A stretch of DNA of 64,000 bases from Toensbergia leucococca (taxonomy: Eukaryota): assembly GCA_022813965.1 (NCBI GenBank), contig JALDZS010000059.1, forward strand, positions 1-64,000, in the 5' to 3' direction. How positions within the stretch are numbered: the stretch's first letter is position 1; each line of letters starts with the position of its first letter. Position numbers and translations under genes: made by a program. This document shows positions 40,674 to 53,489 of this stretch, piece by piece. Under the pieces are notes generated by a model that was not told the DNA's origin, did not search any database, and saw only the letters and a program-made list of their open reading frames with translations.

Positions 40674-41186
40674 AAATGCGACATTTCTCCTGATCTCGAC
40701 CATTTCACACGGTGTAAAACTCTGATGAATTTCCATCTCTACCAACCTTCTTTACGCGCTCATAATTTCAGATTCTTGTTCCTCCTCTTTGCTTCACCTC
40801 TTTTCGATTCCCATTCTCAGCGGATACGAATGCATGCGCATAACGCTTTAACGTCTTTCTTATAGCATCTTGCTCTAAAAGCAAATTGTTCAAATTGCTC
40901 TAGAAGCAGATTATCTCTAAAAACGTGTTTCTCAAGATCATCTGCATAGAAATTTTCTCTTCTCCCGCTTCTACAAGATAAATCTCTCGCATATTATTTG
41001 CAACATACTCGTTGTTTCGAGCCTAATTAATGTATTATACCAGAATTATGATGTTAGAGCTTTTTAGGTCAACGCGCAAAAAGTATCGGCTGAAATTGGA
41101 ATTTACCTTTTGACTTGATATTGTAGCGAAGCCGTCTCTATCGGTCCAAGACACCAAGAGCTACGACAGCCCATTTCCTTAGGATC

Positions 41187-41440
41187 ATTCTCTCATCAGC
41201 TCAGTACGGAAGGCGAAATCAAGGTTCATACCTAACTCAACAGCAACCTTCATCATAGGGAGAAATACAGAAGCTAGACCTGTTCGGCTCACATATTGTG
41301 AACTTTCACCCAGAAAATTCTCTCATCAGCTGGGAGGCAAAATCATGGTTCATACCTTCAACCCGAGAGCAGCCTACATCAAGGAAAGACACAAAGAAGC
41401 TAAGCCAATTCGGCCCACATAAAATGAACCCTTTCCCAAG
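41187..41440. repeat. Diverged tandem duplication, period 130 bp
   Basis: Both copies start ATTCTCTCATCAGCT (41187, 41317) and share, in order, AAATCA.GGTTCATACCT, AGAAGCTA, TTCGGC.CACATA and TGAAC. Confidence 0.85.
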
Positions 41441-41690
41441 ATTGTCGAATGGCTTCAAACTCAAAGCTCAAATCACCCAGCACGAACCGCATAAGTAGAC
41501 CATCTCTCCCCAACCCTCCCAGTCATTTTCCCAGACATTCTTCACTTCACATCCATCTTGCATAGTGCCAGCACTCTCTCATCTTACTTAGACAATTTAC
41601 ACAAGCCAAACACACATCACTCCCTTGAACACAACCGCTCACCCATCTCTACCAATCAAGAAAATCACATTCTTACCTACGACTATCACA

Positions 41691-42473
41691 ATGCCAATTC
41701 GTCGTCCCCTCACCCCCTTCCGCCACCCTGCTCTCTCTTTCACCCCTCTCCCCCGCCTCTCCGCTCCCCCTCCCCGCTCCTCAACCCCAACAACAACAAT
41801 AACAATAGCAATAACGACAACAACGACAGCAGCAGCAGCAGTAACAATACAACACCTCCGCCCCACCCACCCCCTCAACAGGCCCCAATCTACCGCACAA
41901 CCATCACCGCAAAGACCAGCCGAAGACCAACCGACCGAAGCCCAGCCCTTCGCATCAGCACCCGCACGCTCCCCAACCCTCCCCATCTCTACGCTAATCC
42001 CCCCACAACCCAGGTCCCCAAGCCCCAGCAACGGCACGCTCCAAGCCTCCAGCGCCGCGAACGACCAGCAAGCAGCAGCAGCAACAACAACAACAACAAC
42101 AGACGCCAGCGAATCCGCAACCCCGCCGCCAACCGCGGACGACTCCGACTCCGACTCCGACTCCGAAACCGAATGGGCCGAAGCGGAACGCGGAGCCGAA
42201 CTCTCCTTTTCCCTCCCGTCTTCCCGGGCTTCGTCCCCCCACGACGACGACGACGAGGAGGATTCGGCGGGCCGTCTGGCAGCGTCAACTGCCTTCCTGC
42301 GAGCGGAGATTGACCGCCTGGGTGCCGTTATTGCGGTAATGCGGAGGCTGAGGGATGCTCGGGTTCGGTATGCGGAGAGGGTGGAGAGGAGGGAGAGGGA
42401 GAGGGAGGAGAGGGAGTGGCAGTGGTTTTTGCGCGGGAGGAAGGCGTTGGGGGATGTTACGAATCGGAAGTGA
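41691..42473 (+). CDS. Orphan low-complexity protein with a C-terminal coiled coil and a D-box-like motif
   Basis: 260-codon ATG-initiated ORF with Pro/Thr-rich and acidic tracts, ending LRAEIDRL...RKALGDVTNRK. Confidence 0.5.
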   Translation: MPIRRPLTPFRHPALSFTPLPRLSAPPPRSSTPTTTITIAITTTTTAAAAVTIQHLRPTHPLNRPQSTAQPSPQRPAEDQPTEAQPFASAPARSPTLPISTLIPPQPRSPSPSNGTLQASSAANDQQAAAATTTTTTDASESATPPPTADDSDSDSDSETEWAEAERGAELSFSLPSSRASSPHDDDDEEDSAGRLAASTAFLRAEIDRLGAVIAVMRRLRDARVRYAERVERREREREEREWQWFLRGRKALGDVTNRK

Positions 42474-42521
42474 GATTTTTTTTTTGATTTTTGTGGAATT
42501 TCTTTTTGTTTTTTTCTGGGT

Positions 42522-42543
42522 GGGGGGGGGGGGGGGGGGGGGG
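42522..42543 (+). repeat. G22 homopolymer
   Basis: 22 consecutive G. Confidence 0.95.
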
Positions 42544-42830
42544 AAGCGGGTGCATGTAGATTGCGTTGTGTGGGGTGGGTTTATTTTCCTCCTTGGAGTA
42601 TCTTGTATAGAGTGTTTCGACAAGGAGTCAATGGATTGTTCTTGCTTTCCCGTCTTTGATTTCTTAACTACGGTCATCTTTGGTGATAATTGTAAAGTCG
42701 AGTCTCTTGTGTTGGTAAAAGTCATCGCGCTGATCCATTCCTTTGCCTATCTAAGTCGTTAAACAGTAATTTACTCCACTCTATCTAGTCAGCAAATTGT
42801 TCCTACGCCATTCCCTTTCCTTTTCCAGGT

Positions 42831-44867
42831 TCATGTCTGTTTACCGAGTTTTTCTTCGACGGCAGCCCTTAGGTTTTGTCCCGTAGGCATGCCATTTGCG
42901 CTTCCGTTCCTCTTGTGAACCTCGACCTCATGTCGAATTTCCTTGACGGCTTCATCGATGTCTCGCCCGGGATCATTCGGCAATCCCATGACGGGCGATC
43001 CAATGGTTTCCTGGCTCGCGGTCCGCTGCAGCTTGCCATGGTTCCTCTCGCTCAGTTGGTTGTTGAGCCACAGCTTCGCTGGCGATTCGAACAAGGCGAT
43101 GGAGAAAGCGGCGCCAATGATGGCGTAGAAATAGACTCGAGACCAGACGAGCAGGCAAGCTGGCAAGTCGAGCAGGACGAACGGGGCAGTGGCGAAGCAG
43201 AAGGCTGATTGGGTGGCTACGTAGGACATTATGTCGTAGTAGCGCTTGTTGGGTGCCGAGTGCTTGCCGTCGGGGGTGAGGAAGAAGGGACGGACATAGC
43301 GACGGAAATCTGGGCATGTTTAGATTCTGGATGCGGGGTAGCATTGCTCACGGTCGGGCTTACTCTTGGCAATGGTCTGTATGAAAGCCCCCAAAACAAA
43401 AGTGAGGTAGTAGCCAGGATAGAAGCCGTGCCAGAAAGCGCTGGTTGCGAAAGTAGCGAGACTGGCTCGGAATCCTGGTTTCTTGCCTTTCGGTGTCACT
43501 CGGAGGTACATGTAGTTCCGAAGCCAGAGGTTAGTATTGATGTTCCAGCCCTCGAGGAAGGCCCGCGAGTTTTGTGCCGTTTCGACACTCCAGGGATTGA
43601 TGTTCTGCAGCCGATTCCATTTTACTTGTCCTGTCTTGGTATCCACACCGTTGTAGCCCAGACCGGATAGAATGCATGCCCCTTCCGTGAGTGACCATAG
43701 GCCATAGTACTTGAGTCTGGATGTAAAGCCAAACATTTGTAATATCCAGATGCGTCTGAGGAATCCATATTGCATGTATTGGCCACCCAGCAAAAGTTCC
43801 CGGTTGTACAAACCAGAGAACTGAAGAAACAGGAATACCCAGAGAAGGCCTGTTGCAGCCTTCATGGCAGCCGGTTTGCTACTTTGAGGAATTTTACGCC
43901 CCTTTCGAGTCTTGGCTCGTATCAATGGATCTGTTCCTGCAGGAACTTCGAACATGCTTGTATCAATCCAACGACTATATTCGACATAATCAAAGGACGG
44001 CCCAGCGAGTAAGGACGGGAAAAAGAGCTCGAGTACGTTAGATATATTATGCCACACACTCAGCGAGCGGTACTCACTACATATGCAGTGAAGTCTAGGA
44101 GATTGGGCAGCTCATATATAGCCCTTTGCTTCTGAAAGTCGACGAGATCCTTTTCCGGCAATCGACCATCTGCAACATTCCAACAAAAAGCCGTGAGCTA
44201 GAATTGTCAGCATCTAAATACAGCACTTGATTACAGAAGGTTCCACCTTCATCACCAAGACCATCTGCGCCCCTGTGAAATGCCAATTAGCGCCGAGTCT
44301 TGATCTCTTGGCTTCTTGACAAGTACCTGTAACATCGACCACGTCTGGAGCATCTGCCATTTGCCGAAGTACATGGTTCACAGACATGTGTCCCATGACG
44401 AATACGAAGCCTATCCACGGCATGAAAGGACCTTTCACATAATAGGCAATGGCGTATGCTCCAGCAGCACTGATGAACAGAGTGCGAATACCGGTCCAAA
44501 GATCAAAAAGACCAACAAGGTAGAAAAGTGCCACGCTTGGTATGACATTAGCTGAGTAGAGAAAGTAGAGGCAGATGATTGGTGTACAATATTATGAATA
44601 GATTCTTTTGGTAGGGTTTTGCATCAGGGAGGCGTTTTAGAATGCCAGCAAGAGGATAAGATAGAAGAAACGAGAACAGAAGCTTGACTATGCTTTCATC
44701 AGTGAGGGAGGAGCCATTGTCGATTCAAATTGGTATCTCACGTTCATCTCGGGAAGCACCCAGCAAGGCAGCACCATAGTCGAATGCTAGGAGGGCATTA
44801 ATCACCAATTCAGCGTACAGAGAGCCTACGTGGCATGATACTCACGAGGGTTGATATAGGGCAACAT
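42831..44867 (-). CDS. ALE1: MBOAT lysophospholipid acyltransferase, multi-exon
   Basis: MLPYINP first exon, DVT/GAQMVLVMK/LTAFCWNVADG, WNINTNLWLRNYMYLRV, catalytic SAFWHGFYPGYY. Confidence 0.93.
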
Positions 44868-45814
44868 TTTGACATTCAAGAGATGTTCAATTACTAGAGG
44901 GTCTCCACGAAACTTATAAACTTGTATACTTGTATACTTAGTCAGCTTGTTGGGAAAGTGCGGGTGATAGCGTTGGTGTGAAAGCCGGGTGGAACCAACT
45001 GATAGAATACAAAAGAGGAAAAATGAAAAAATGGAACAGGCTCCATGTACGATAGAATACGAGTACCTGTAATGAGCAGCGTGAAACTTGAATGCAAGCC
45101 GCCGTTGAGGAATGACGAGTATCAACAAGCTTTCAGTTTTGAAGCAGACTAATTAGAATACATACTCGTATCACTCTCTCACTCTATGGCACATTGCTGC
45201 ACTTTCCTTCTTTGTTTCATCTAGATATTTGATATTCATATCTGTGTGCACATTTGTTTGTTATCAGCTGCCGTATCATGAACTCGGTCAATACGTGAAT
45301 GGAATTTGAGAATACGGTATGAGGCTGTCTTCATATCCTGGACCTGACACTTCAGCTGCTCTCACTGCATATGACACCTTACCACTTCAAGCCATCCTTC
45401 TCATCAAATTGATTCATAGGATGAGAACCATGAGCCATGCATCAGAAATCATCGTTACATCTTATCGAGACCATCAACAACCTGTCAAACCATAATTGTG
45501 TCATCAAGCTAGCTTTCGATGGTCGATCTCATGTTCCCCATTTTCAATATTAATAGATTTGGTGGGGGTGGTGGGGTCTCGAGTGACGCAAACAGGCAAA
45601 GTCTTGTTCTAGTAGAATACCACCAGTACGGAATTCGTACATGTATTAAAGTTTAGCTTAATGGTAGGGGTATTTTATCACAACGCCAAAGCAACCTGAC
45701 AGACCAAGGGACGTTGATGCCAGAGCAAAGATGCTTGTCATGAGTATTATATACTCATATCTTCCTTAGTTTCTTGGGATAGATGCAAGCTATCCTATGT
45801 GTGGAACGGCACAG

Positions 45815-47805
45815 ATGGACGTGGTATCAGCTGTTTCAGGCTATGTCTCCAAGATGGTGTCAGTCGGAGACACCATTTCAGCTCCCTCGTCCGCTAAGAT
45901 GAAGATTCTTCTGTTAGACAGTGAGACAGTGCGATTCTAGAGTGAAGGTCAACTAGAGACATGTTGCTCAATCAATTCTAGGTCTCCATCGTCTCCACCG
46001 CTATAACACAATCTGCTCTTCTCAATCATGAAGTTTACCTCATTGAGTAAGCATCTCTGGACAGAGAAACTTAAGCCTGCTGATGCATTTTACAAGCCGG
46101 CTGGATAACGTGACCCGAGAAAAAATGCGACATCTGAGATGTTTATGTTTCGTGCGGCCGTCTCCCGACTCAATCCAGCATCTCATTGACGAGTTCCGAG
46201 AACCAAAGTATGGCGAATACAACATCTGTAGAAACACCATCTATCTCCCTAGGAAGATCAGAAGCTAATGTCCCATTCAGACTTCAGCAATGTCATTCGC
46301 AAGTCCTCCCTCGAGAGACTTGCCGAGGCCGACGATCATGAAGTAGTTCGGGCTATCCAAGAGTACTTTGCAGATTACATTGTCGTGAATCCAGATCTGT
46401 TTTCATTGAATCTTGGCTTTCCAAAACAACGTCTGTGGAGCCACAGTCCGGATATGTGGAACCCAGACTCCCTTCAAAGATGTACCGAAGGAGTAATCGC
46501 CCTTTTGTTGTCTTTGAAGAAGAAACCTCTGATTCGTTACGAGAAAAATAGTCTGATGGCGAAGAAGCTAGCTACCGAGGTCCGCTATCAGATGACACAG
46601 GAGGAGCAGCTTTTTGATTTCCGCAAGGTAGATACTCCACCAATACTTCTAATACTGGACCGAAGGGATGACCCGATCACGCCTTTGTTGACTCAGTGGA
46701 CTTATCAAGCTATGGTGCATGAGCTACTTGGAATCTACAACGGGAGGGTGGATCTAAGCGATGTCCTTGATGTAAGGACCGAGCTAAAAGAGATTGTACT
46801 ATCGCAAGATCAGGACCCGTTTTTCAAAAAAAACATGTACCTCAATTTCGGGGACCTTGGCGGCAACATCAAAGAGTATGTTGAGCAGTATCAGAACAAG
46901 ACCAAGAGCAATGCCAGTATTGAGTCCATAGCGGACATGAAGCGATTTGTGGAGGACTATCCTGAGTTTCGAAAATTGTCGGGGAACGTGAGCAAGCACG
47001 TTACGCTGGTTGGAGAACTCAGCAGGCGAGTCGGCAAGGATGGTCTACTAGATGTTAGTGAACTAGAACAGAGCCTTGCTTGTAGTGACAGTCATACTAC
47101 TGATCTCAAGGTAGGTCACTGGACATCTGACTGCATGAGGGACAATTGATAGATGGCTCCTAGACTTTGCAAACGCTTATCCAATCGGCAACGATCCCTT
47201 CGGAAAACAAGCTTCGTCTTGTAGCCTTGTACTCCCTACGGTACGAGAAGCACGCATCAAATGCTCTGCCAGTGCTCCTTGACCTTCTCTCAGCTGCCGG
47301 GAACCTAGCGCAACGCCAAATCCAGCTCGTCCCCAAACTGCTGTCCTATCACCATTCTCTCCAGTCATCACCGGCTGCAGGGGGCTTTTCCGACTTATTC
47401 GAGTCTGTGTCTATATTTTCAGGGGCACGCGATCGATTCAAAGGCTTGAAAGGGGTGGAGAATGTGTATACACAACACTCTCCACGCTTAGAGGCCACGC
47501 TACAAAATCTCATCAAAGGCAGGCTGAAAGATCAGCAGTATCCATTTGTTGAAGGGGGTGGGAGCACTAGGGACAAGCCGCAGGACGTTGTGATTTTTAT
47601 TATTGGTGGTGTAACTTATGAAGAGGCCAAGATGGTGGCACAAGTCAATGCTAGTTCTCCTGGAGTACGGGTTGTCCTTGGAGGCACGAGTATACAGAAC
47701 AGCACAACTTTTCTAGAAGAAATCGAGGATGCGGTCTTGAGTTGGCCAGACTCTTTGCCGACGTCGGCAGCAGAAAGGCTAAGGAAAGAGACGGGCAAAA
47801 GGTAG
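45815..47805 (+). CDS. VPS45: Sec1/Munc18-family vacuolar sorting protein, 5 exons
   Basis: MKILLLDSET, TQSALLNHEVYL, KMRHLRCLCFVRP, DRRDDPITPLLTQWTYQAMVHEL, VENVYTQHSP, IIGGVTYEE. Confidence 0.96.
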
Positions 47806-48467
47806 AATCGAAAGGGGAAAGGGAGTTTCGGCGTCGGGGGGGCTCGCGGGGCATGAATGTCGATGGACCGTATCACGGGGTATTTTGGGCAAGCTGTACT
47901 AGATGGATGAAGACGAAGATGAAGATGCATTCAATTAACATTTCATCCTTCGAAAAGTTAAAGTCAATCAACATTTCATTTTCAGAAAAGTGAATTTGGT
48001 CTTTTCACCTGTTCAAATAGGGTTAGCGTGTGAGAGGATTCCAACCTTCGCATGTCACAGTACTCCGTAGTCGTGAATAGCTTGGCAGCTTCCATAACAC
48101 ATAACACTGTGCTCTTCCTCCAAGACGCAAGACGCACAACTTCTGAAGACATGTTTCATTTAAGATCATCCCGTTTCCCTCGTCGTATTCCTCCTTTGTC
48201 CTCGACAACATCAAACGTACTCCGAACACCCGTTGACCATCCGACAACATTCCTAACCTATCCAACATTATCCGTCCACAAACCTTTGCGATAGCAGCCT
48301 TGATCTACCACTGAACATTCCCTTCAAACTATCTCATTCAGTTGGAACTGCCAAACATACTATCCCGAAATTACTTTCAGAACCCTTGCGGCACTCCGTC
48401 GCTTGAACACAGAGTCTCCTAACCACTCCACCAAGGCTGCATATATCTAAGGCCAACCAACCCCACA

Positions 48468-50063
48468 ATGTCTTCTGGGCCAGGCACCCCTCGAAAATCC
48501 CCTCGACGCAACGTCCATTCAAAAAAGGACAACACTATGCCCGCAGCATCGAATATGGCCTCACCCCAGATATCCTCTGATCCATCCACGCCTACTAAAT
48601 CGCAGAGACCACGACGGCAATCACATCGCAACTCCTCCCAAAACCCTGCTAACAAATCTGAATCCGTCTCTGTGCCAGGAACAGGGCCCATGACGCCTTC
48701 GTATCCTAGGGCCGTGCATACTGCTAACGCGAGCCAAAATCGCGAAGTGAACGGCGCATTTATCATGGACAACAACAACACGGAAAATAGCTTCGTGGGG
48801 CAATCTAATGGTCGAGCTCTCTATGGATCTTCAGACACAATACCGAGTATCAATGGCACGCCACGGCCACTCATACCTGGACGGAAACCTGCTACTCCTG
48901 TACAAGCATACGCTGGGCCTACATTCCATGCTTCTCCAGCACCCTCTTCACTGCCTATACCTAAGTTTTTCTCGAGGTCTGTGCCCGATCGTGAGAAGAG
49001 CAACAGCCTCAAGGCGATGATGGATAAGGACCTGTCAGATACGTCTGTAGACAACAGCGAAGGTTCTCCGACTCCAGAGAGTCCTTCGCATGCTGTAGGA
49101 TGTCAAATTAGAGAAGACTCTCCTCTAGATATCTTCTTCAGAGCCGATCGAGAGGAGAAAGCCAAGGCGAACCAAGACGGCGTCGCAAAATCCACAGCTA
49201 GGGATGTCTGCGATGGGCAGACTATCACAGGGAAAGCCACACGTACTATGTCCTCATCGCCATTGCGTAATACTATCTCCCATGCGCGTCATCCAACAGA
49301 TGGCTCTGTTCCTAATGTGTTTTCATTTGAGATGGACAATGCACCTACCAATGGCACAACGACCAAATCAATCGTTCCAGGGCCTTTTAGCCAGAATAGG
49401 GACATCCGGTGCGCCAGTATTACGAGTTTTGATCCCATAAATCAGGCCGCGCAGGAGGAGGAGCTGCGTAAGGTTCAGACACAGGGACTGAAGAAACTTC
49501 TTTTCTCACCCCAGCCTCCCCGCCCAGGATCTTCTACGCCGCGACCTAGGACTAGCCTCTCATCCCAGGACGATTCTCTAGGCCTCTCGTCTCGACAAAC
49601 TCCAACAACTCGCGACGCTTTTGGATCTTCTATGCCTGCGCCAGTAATTCGCTCAGAAAGCGCTCCTTCCAATTGTTTACCTCACATCAGCTATCCTTTT
49701 GTTCCAAGACCTCTGCCAGTTACAGCCACTTCCAGTGGATCACCCCGTCCAAGACCCACTTCTTCCAGTCTTCGCAAGGAAATCATTCCTACTAATACGA
49801 CTGTACAATTGGATCTTCTCGAGCTCCCCTCCGCTTCTACGCCATCTCGATCTCGCAAACCCGATAATCCCACTCAATTTCAGAATCATAGAAATGTTCG
49901 GATAAATGGCACTATACCTCCGACGACTTCCACTTTGGCTCTGGACAAACCATCCGCCGAATTTGGTAAAGGCCCGGCTCGAGATTCAGGGTTTGTGAAG
50001 TCAGTGATGGAGGATGATTTACGACGGATTCTAAAGCTTAATCTTCTCAGGAGCGATGTCTAG
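48468..50063 (+). CDS. Disordered protein with an Edc1/PNRC-type decapping-activator motif
   Basis: YAGPTFHASPAPSSLPIPKF motif, SPLDIFFRADREEK, C-terminal MEDDLRRILKL. Confidence 0.75.
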   Translation: MSSGPGTPRKSPRRNVHSKKDNTMPAASNMASPQISSDPSTPTKSQRPRRQSHRNSSQNPANKSESVSVPGTGPMTPSYPRAVHTANASQNREVNGAFIMDNNNTENSFVGQSNGRALYGSSDTIPSINGTPRPLIPGRKPATPVQAYAGPTFHASPAPSSLPIPKFFSRSVPDREKSNSLKAMMDKDLSDTSVDNSEGSPTPESPSHAVGCQIREDSPLDIFFRADREEKAKANQDGVAKSTARDVCDGQTITGKATRTMSSSPLRNTISHARHPTDGSVPNVFSFEMDNAPTNGTTTKSIVPGPFSQNRDIRCASITSFDPINQAAQEEELRKVQTQGLKKLLFSPQPPRPGSSTPRPRTSLSSQDDSLGLSSRQTPTTRDAFGSSMPAPVIRSESAPSNCLPHISYPFVPRPLPVTATSSGSPRPRPTSSSLRKEIIPTNTTVQLDLLELPSASTPSRSRKPDNPTQFQNHRNVRINGTIPPTTSTLALDKPSAEFGKGPARDSGFVKSVMEDDLRRILKLNLLRSDV

Positions 50064-51389
50064 ACGAAGCTTAATTTTTAAACGACCTCATTTGATGCGT
50101 TGCATGATTTTCGGGTGGAGCATGCCGTTCAGATAGGGTGTTGGTGAGCAAGACACGGCGTTTGGCATTTCTCCCGATGGAGGGTCTCATCAGTTTCCTG
50201 GATATTTCCTATATTTAGGCGTACTTGAGTTTTTTCCCGCCCTATTCTGTCTCTGCTCGCCCTACTCGAATTTATGTCAGATACCAGTGGGTGCTTTCTG
50301 ATTCGGTCGGCGTTCGTAGTCGGGACGATGCACATGATGAGTCTCGGAAAATCTCTTTGACGCAAGTTTCATTACTTTCGTATGTATCTTTCAAGGGGTT
50401 GAATCCGCGGGATGTCTGTATCATAGTTTCTCCTTTTTCCGTTGTTCTGGTTCCCATGGAGTAGACGTCGCACCTCTCCGCACCATCACTTCCCCTTTCT
50501 TACGTTGGGTATTTTGCTTAATGGGAAAACGAGAAATCTTGCGGAGTGGGGTGAATGGAGGTGGGAAGGAGCGATTGATATGGTAGGGCATGGATGCGGT
50601 GGATGGGATTTGTTTATTCAAGAGGAGGTGGGATGAGGACTGGGGCGAAGCCGGGGAAACTTGGACGTTCACACACTGCACTTCTGCACTATTTTTCTTT
50701 TGTTTTTTTTAATCCCTTCTTGGGAATAGGTCGAAAGGGAGAGGGAGATGTGGCGCTGATGAAACGAAATGAGATGCACAACTGTTTCCTACTGTTGGTT
50801 GGATCCTTACGATGGCAGGGTGGGGTCTGGCCCGTCGCCTGGGAAAGGTGGAGTTCCTCGAATACGGGGGAGGGACAATCATGGCACTTCTGCCCCTATT
50901 TCCTTTTTTGGTCTTTGGCATGATGGGTATGTGTGTGTGTTTGAGTGGAGTAGGGCGGGGAGGAGAGGGAGATGAGAAGGATGGCCTACCCAGATGGATT
51001 GTTGAATTGCCAATCCATAAACTCTCGTTCAAGTTAGTCAAGACAGCAACCGTCGAGGAATAATCCAAAATATCATGTGGAGACTTCCATTTTGCATACG
51101 AATCTGAGAAACCCTTCCTTTTGATTCTCTTAAAAACACATCTACCTATGCCAATCAAGCCTATCAAACTGATCGACACCTCATAAAACCAAGTATTGCC
51201 CTTATTGGCCTTGGTAAGACAGCTTCTCCCCCCCTCCTGCGCATCGACATTACAAATTCATAAACCCAGCCCTAAACAGGGAACAAGCACTTTTTGGATT
51301 CCCAATTCTCTTTCAAGAAAAGGCCCATGGTCCCCACCACTACCACTACCATCACCATCATCTCCCCAAACCCTCCCCACCAAAGATAC

Positions 51390-53489
51390 TCAAATATACC
51401 GATACCTCCTCAACGTCCCCAAACTCACAACCACAATCGTAGCAATCACCCCAATGATCCCAAAAAACCACCCAAGGCCCCCTGCATCCTTGCCAGGCAC
51501 ATTAACGTTCATACCAAAAAGTCCACTAATCATATTCAACGGCACCAAAATCGTCGCAATCATCGTGATTTTCCCCAGCACCCGATTGGCCCGATTACCC
51601 TGAGCCATATTGTCTACGCTCAGCTGCGCCAGATAATTGCTGTGGCTCCGCGACAGCATTTTTTCAAAGTGACCCAGGTTGCTCATCATGGTCACGACGT
51701 GGTCTTGGATGTCGCCCAGGTAGAGGCCAATTTCGCCGCGCGGCGTAACAGTGTATTGTTCGTTGCAGCGCTTGGCGAAGCCTTTGATGACGTCGGCTTT
51801 ACCGCCGAGGAGGCGCATGAGGGACATCACTTTTTTGCGGCACTCGCCGATTTGGCGGAGCAGCGGGGTGTAGTCGTCTGTGCGGGCGACGAAGACTTGG
51901 TCTTCGATTTGGTCGGTTTCGTGCTCGATCGAGGTGATGACGGGGCCGAAGGTGTCAACTATGTTGTTGCTTTTGGGATGTCAGTATTGGGCTCCATGGT
52001 GTGAGGGGGGTAGAACGTACATCATTGAGTAGCAGATCCAGTCAGATGTTAAAGCCATGTAGTCACGAAGTTCGCCGATTCGTTTTCTCACATTCGCGGC
52101 GTGAGGGCTAGGGCTGTAGGAGAATGTGAGAATTCCCTGGCGAAATACTACCATGTAGATGTTGACGGGTTCCATGTAGTCTTCGCTGGTTTCGTCCATC
52201 TGGAAGAAAGATCGGAAGCAGACAAAGTAGTACTGCTTAAACAGCTCCACTTTCTCTCGAGCTTCTTGGTCGATAATGTCTTCTTGGGTCAAGCGATGGA
52301 GACCAAAGGCACGCTCGAATGCATGGATCTCGTCCGAAGTTGGGTTCACTACGTCCAGCCACCAAGCGCCGCCTTCTGGGGGAAGGCTGAAGAGATCGCG
52401 AAAGGTTTCGCCAGGCATAGTCAAATCCCCTAGCTCTGGCGCATGTATCGTTTGCTCGAGTTCGGACGAAAAAAAGCTATACCGGTGGAACTCTACTAAA
52501 CTTGGGCGACGTTCCAGGGGGACTTTAGCACCCAGCATATTTACACCCTTCTCATCGGTGAGAGATTTGGCATCATCCAATGCACAATCAGAGTCCACGT
52601 TAATTGGGCTTGGGATTGGGCTTGGGGACTGATTAATGATATGAGGAATATCGTGACGAGCCATGTTTCGGAGATCGTCAAAAACCTTTGGCGGATTGCC
52701 TTTGGAACTGAAGCTTAGTCTCTGCCGGCATCGATATGCCGCAGGGGCTCGTCCTCGTGAACACTGGGCTACAAATTCTTCGAGCTCCTCGAAGTCGATC
52801 CGAAAGGACTTTGACGTTTCCTCAAGCTCATGGAAGGAGATATCATCTTGAGCCGCAGGGTCCCGATAATCATCGCTATTTTGGCCTTCGCCTCGGTGTA
52901 TGCTCCCATTGCTGAATGCGGTCCAACGATGATGTGTGCTGGCAGAGACGGTGCGAGAGAGTGGAAGGTCAAGTTCTGATGGGGCTTTACTTCCAATGGT
53001 ATTTTTCCGTTCGCGGCGACGAGGCTCTGCAAAGGCATCTACGGAATTTGGGGGCGATATTGACCGAGAAGAAACAGACGAGTCTCGGGACCTGCTTGGC
53101 TTATCATGCTGAAGTTGACCACGTCTACCCGTGCCACGCCTACCCACAGCAGGAGTAAATGAAGGGCGACGCTCGATCACATTGTCTCCATTCACACTTC
53201 TCTCATCATCGATGATGGCGTGCTCGAAGTCTCTTGAGATCGAATTCGCTTCTCGAAGTCCTTGGTCTACCTGCAATAAATCAGGTCGGGCCCCAACAAC
53301 ACTTTGCACAGTGTTGCGTCTGGTAGTGATTCTCGTGCGCGGGCTACCGATAGCATCAATACGAGGTACTGAAGAGAGCTGGGAACGGTGATCATTCAAG
53401 TCAGACAGCGGGGTATTAGGTCTTGTCTGTGACTTTTCCGATGTTGAAGAGTCCATTGCAACTAGCTCGAATGCGGCAGAGGTGGCCAT
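51390..53489 (-). CDS. CorA-family Mg2+ transporter (Alr1/Mnr2-like), 2 exons
   Basis: WWLDV, FGLHRLTQEDI, REKVELFKQYYFVCF, SRSHSNYLAQL, the GMN motif (GLFGMNV) and two C-terminal TMs. Confidence 0.93.

Noticed and set aside
45646..45654. TTAAAGTTT WOPR-type binding word
   Set aside because: A single AT-rich 9-mer is plausible by chance in 64 kb, and it is far from the WOPR gene.
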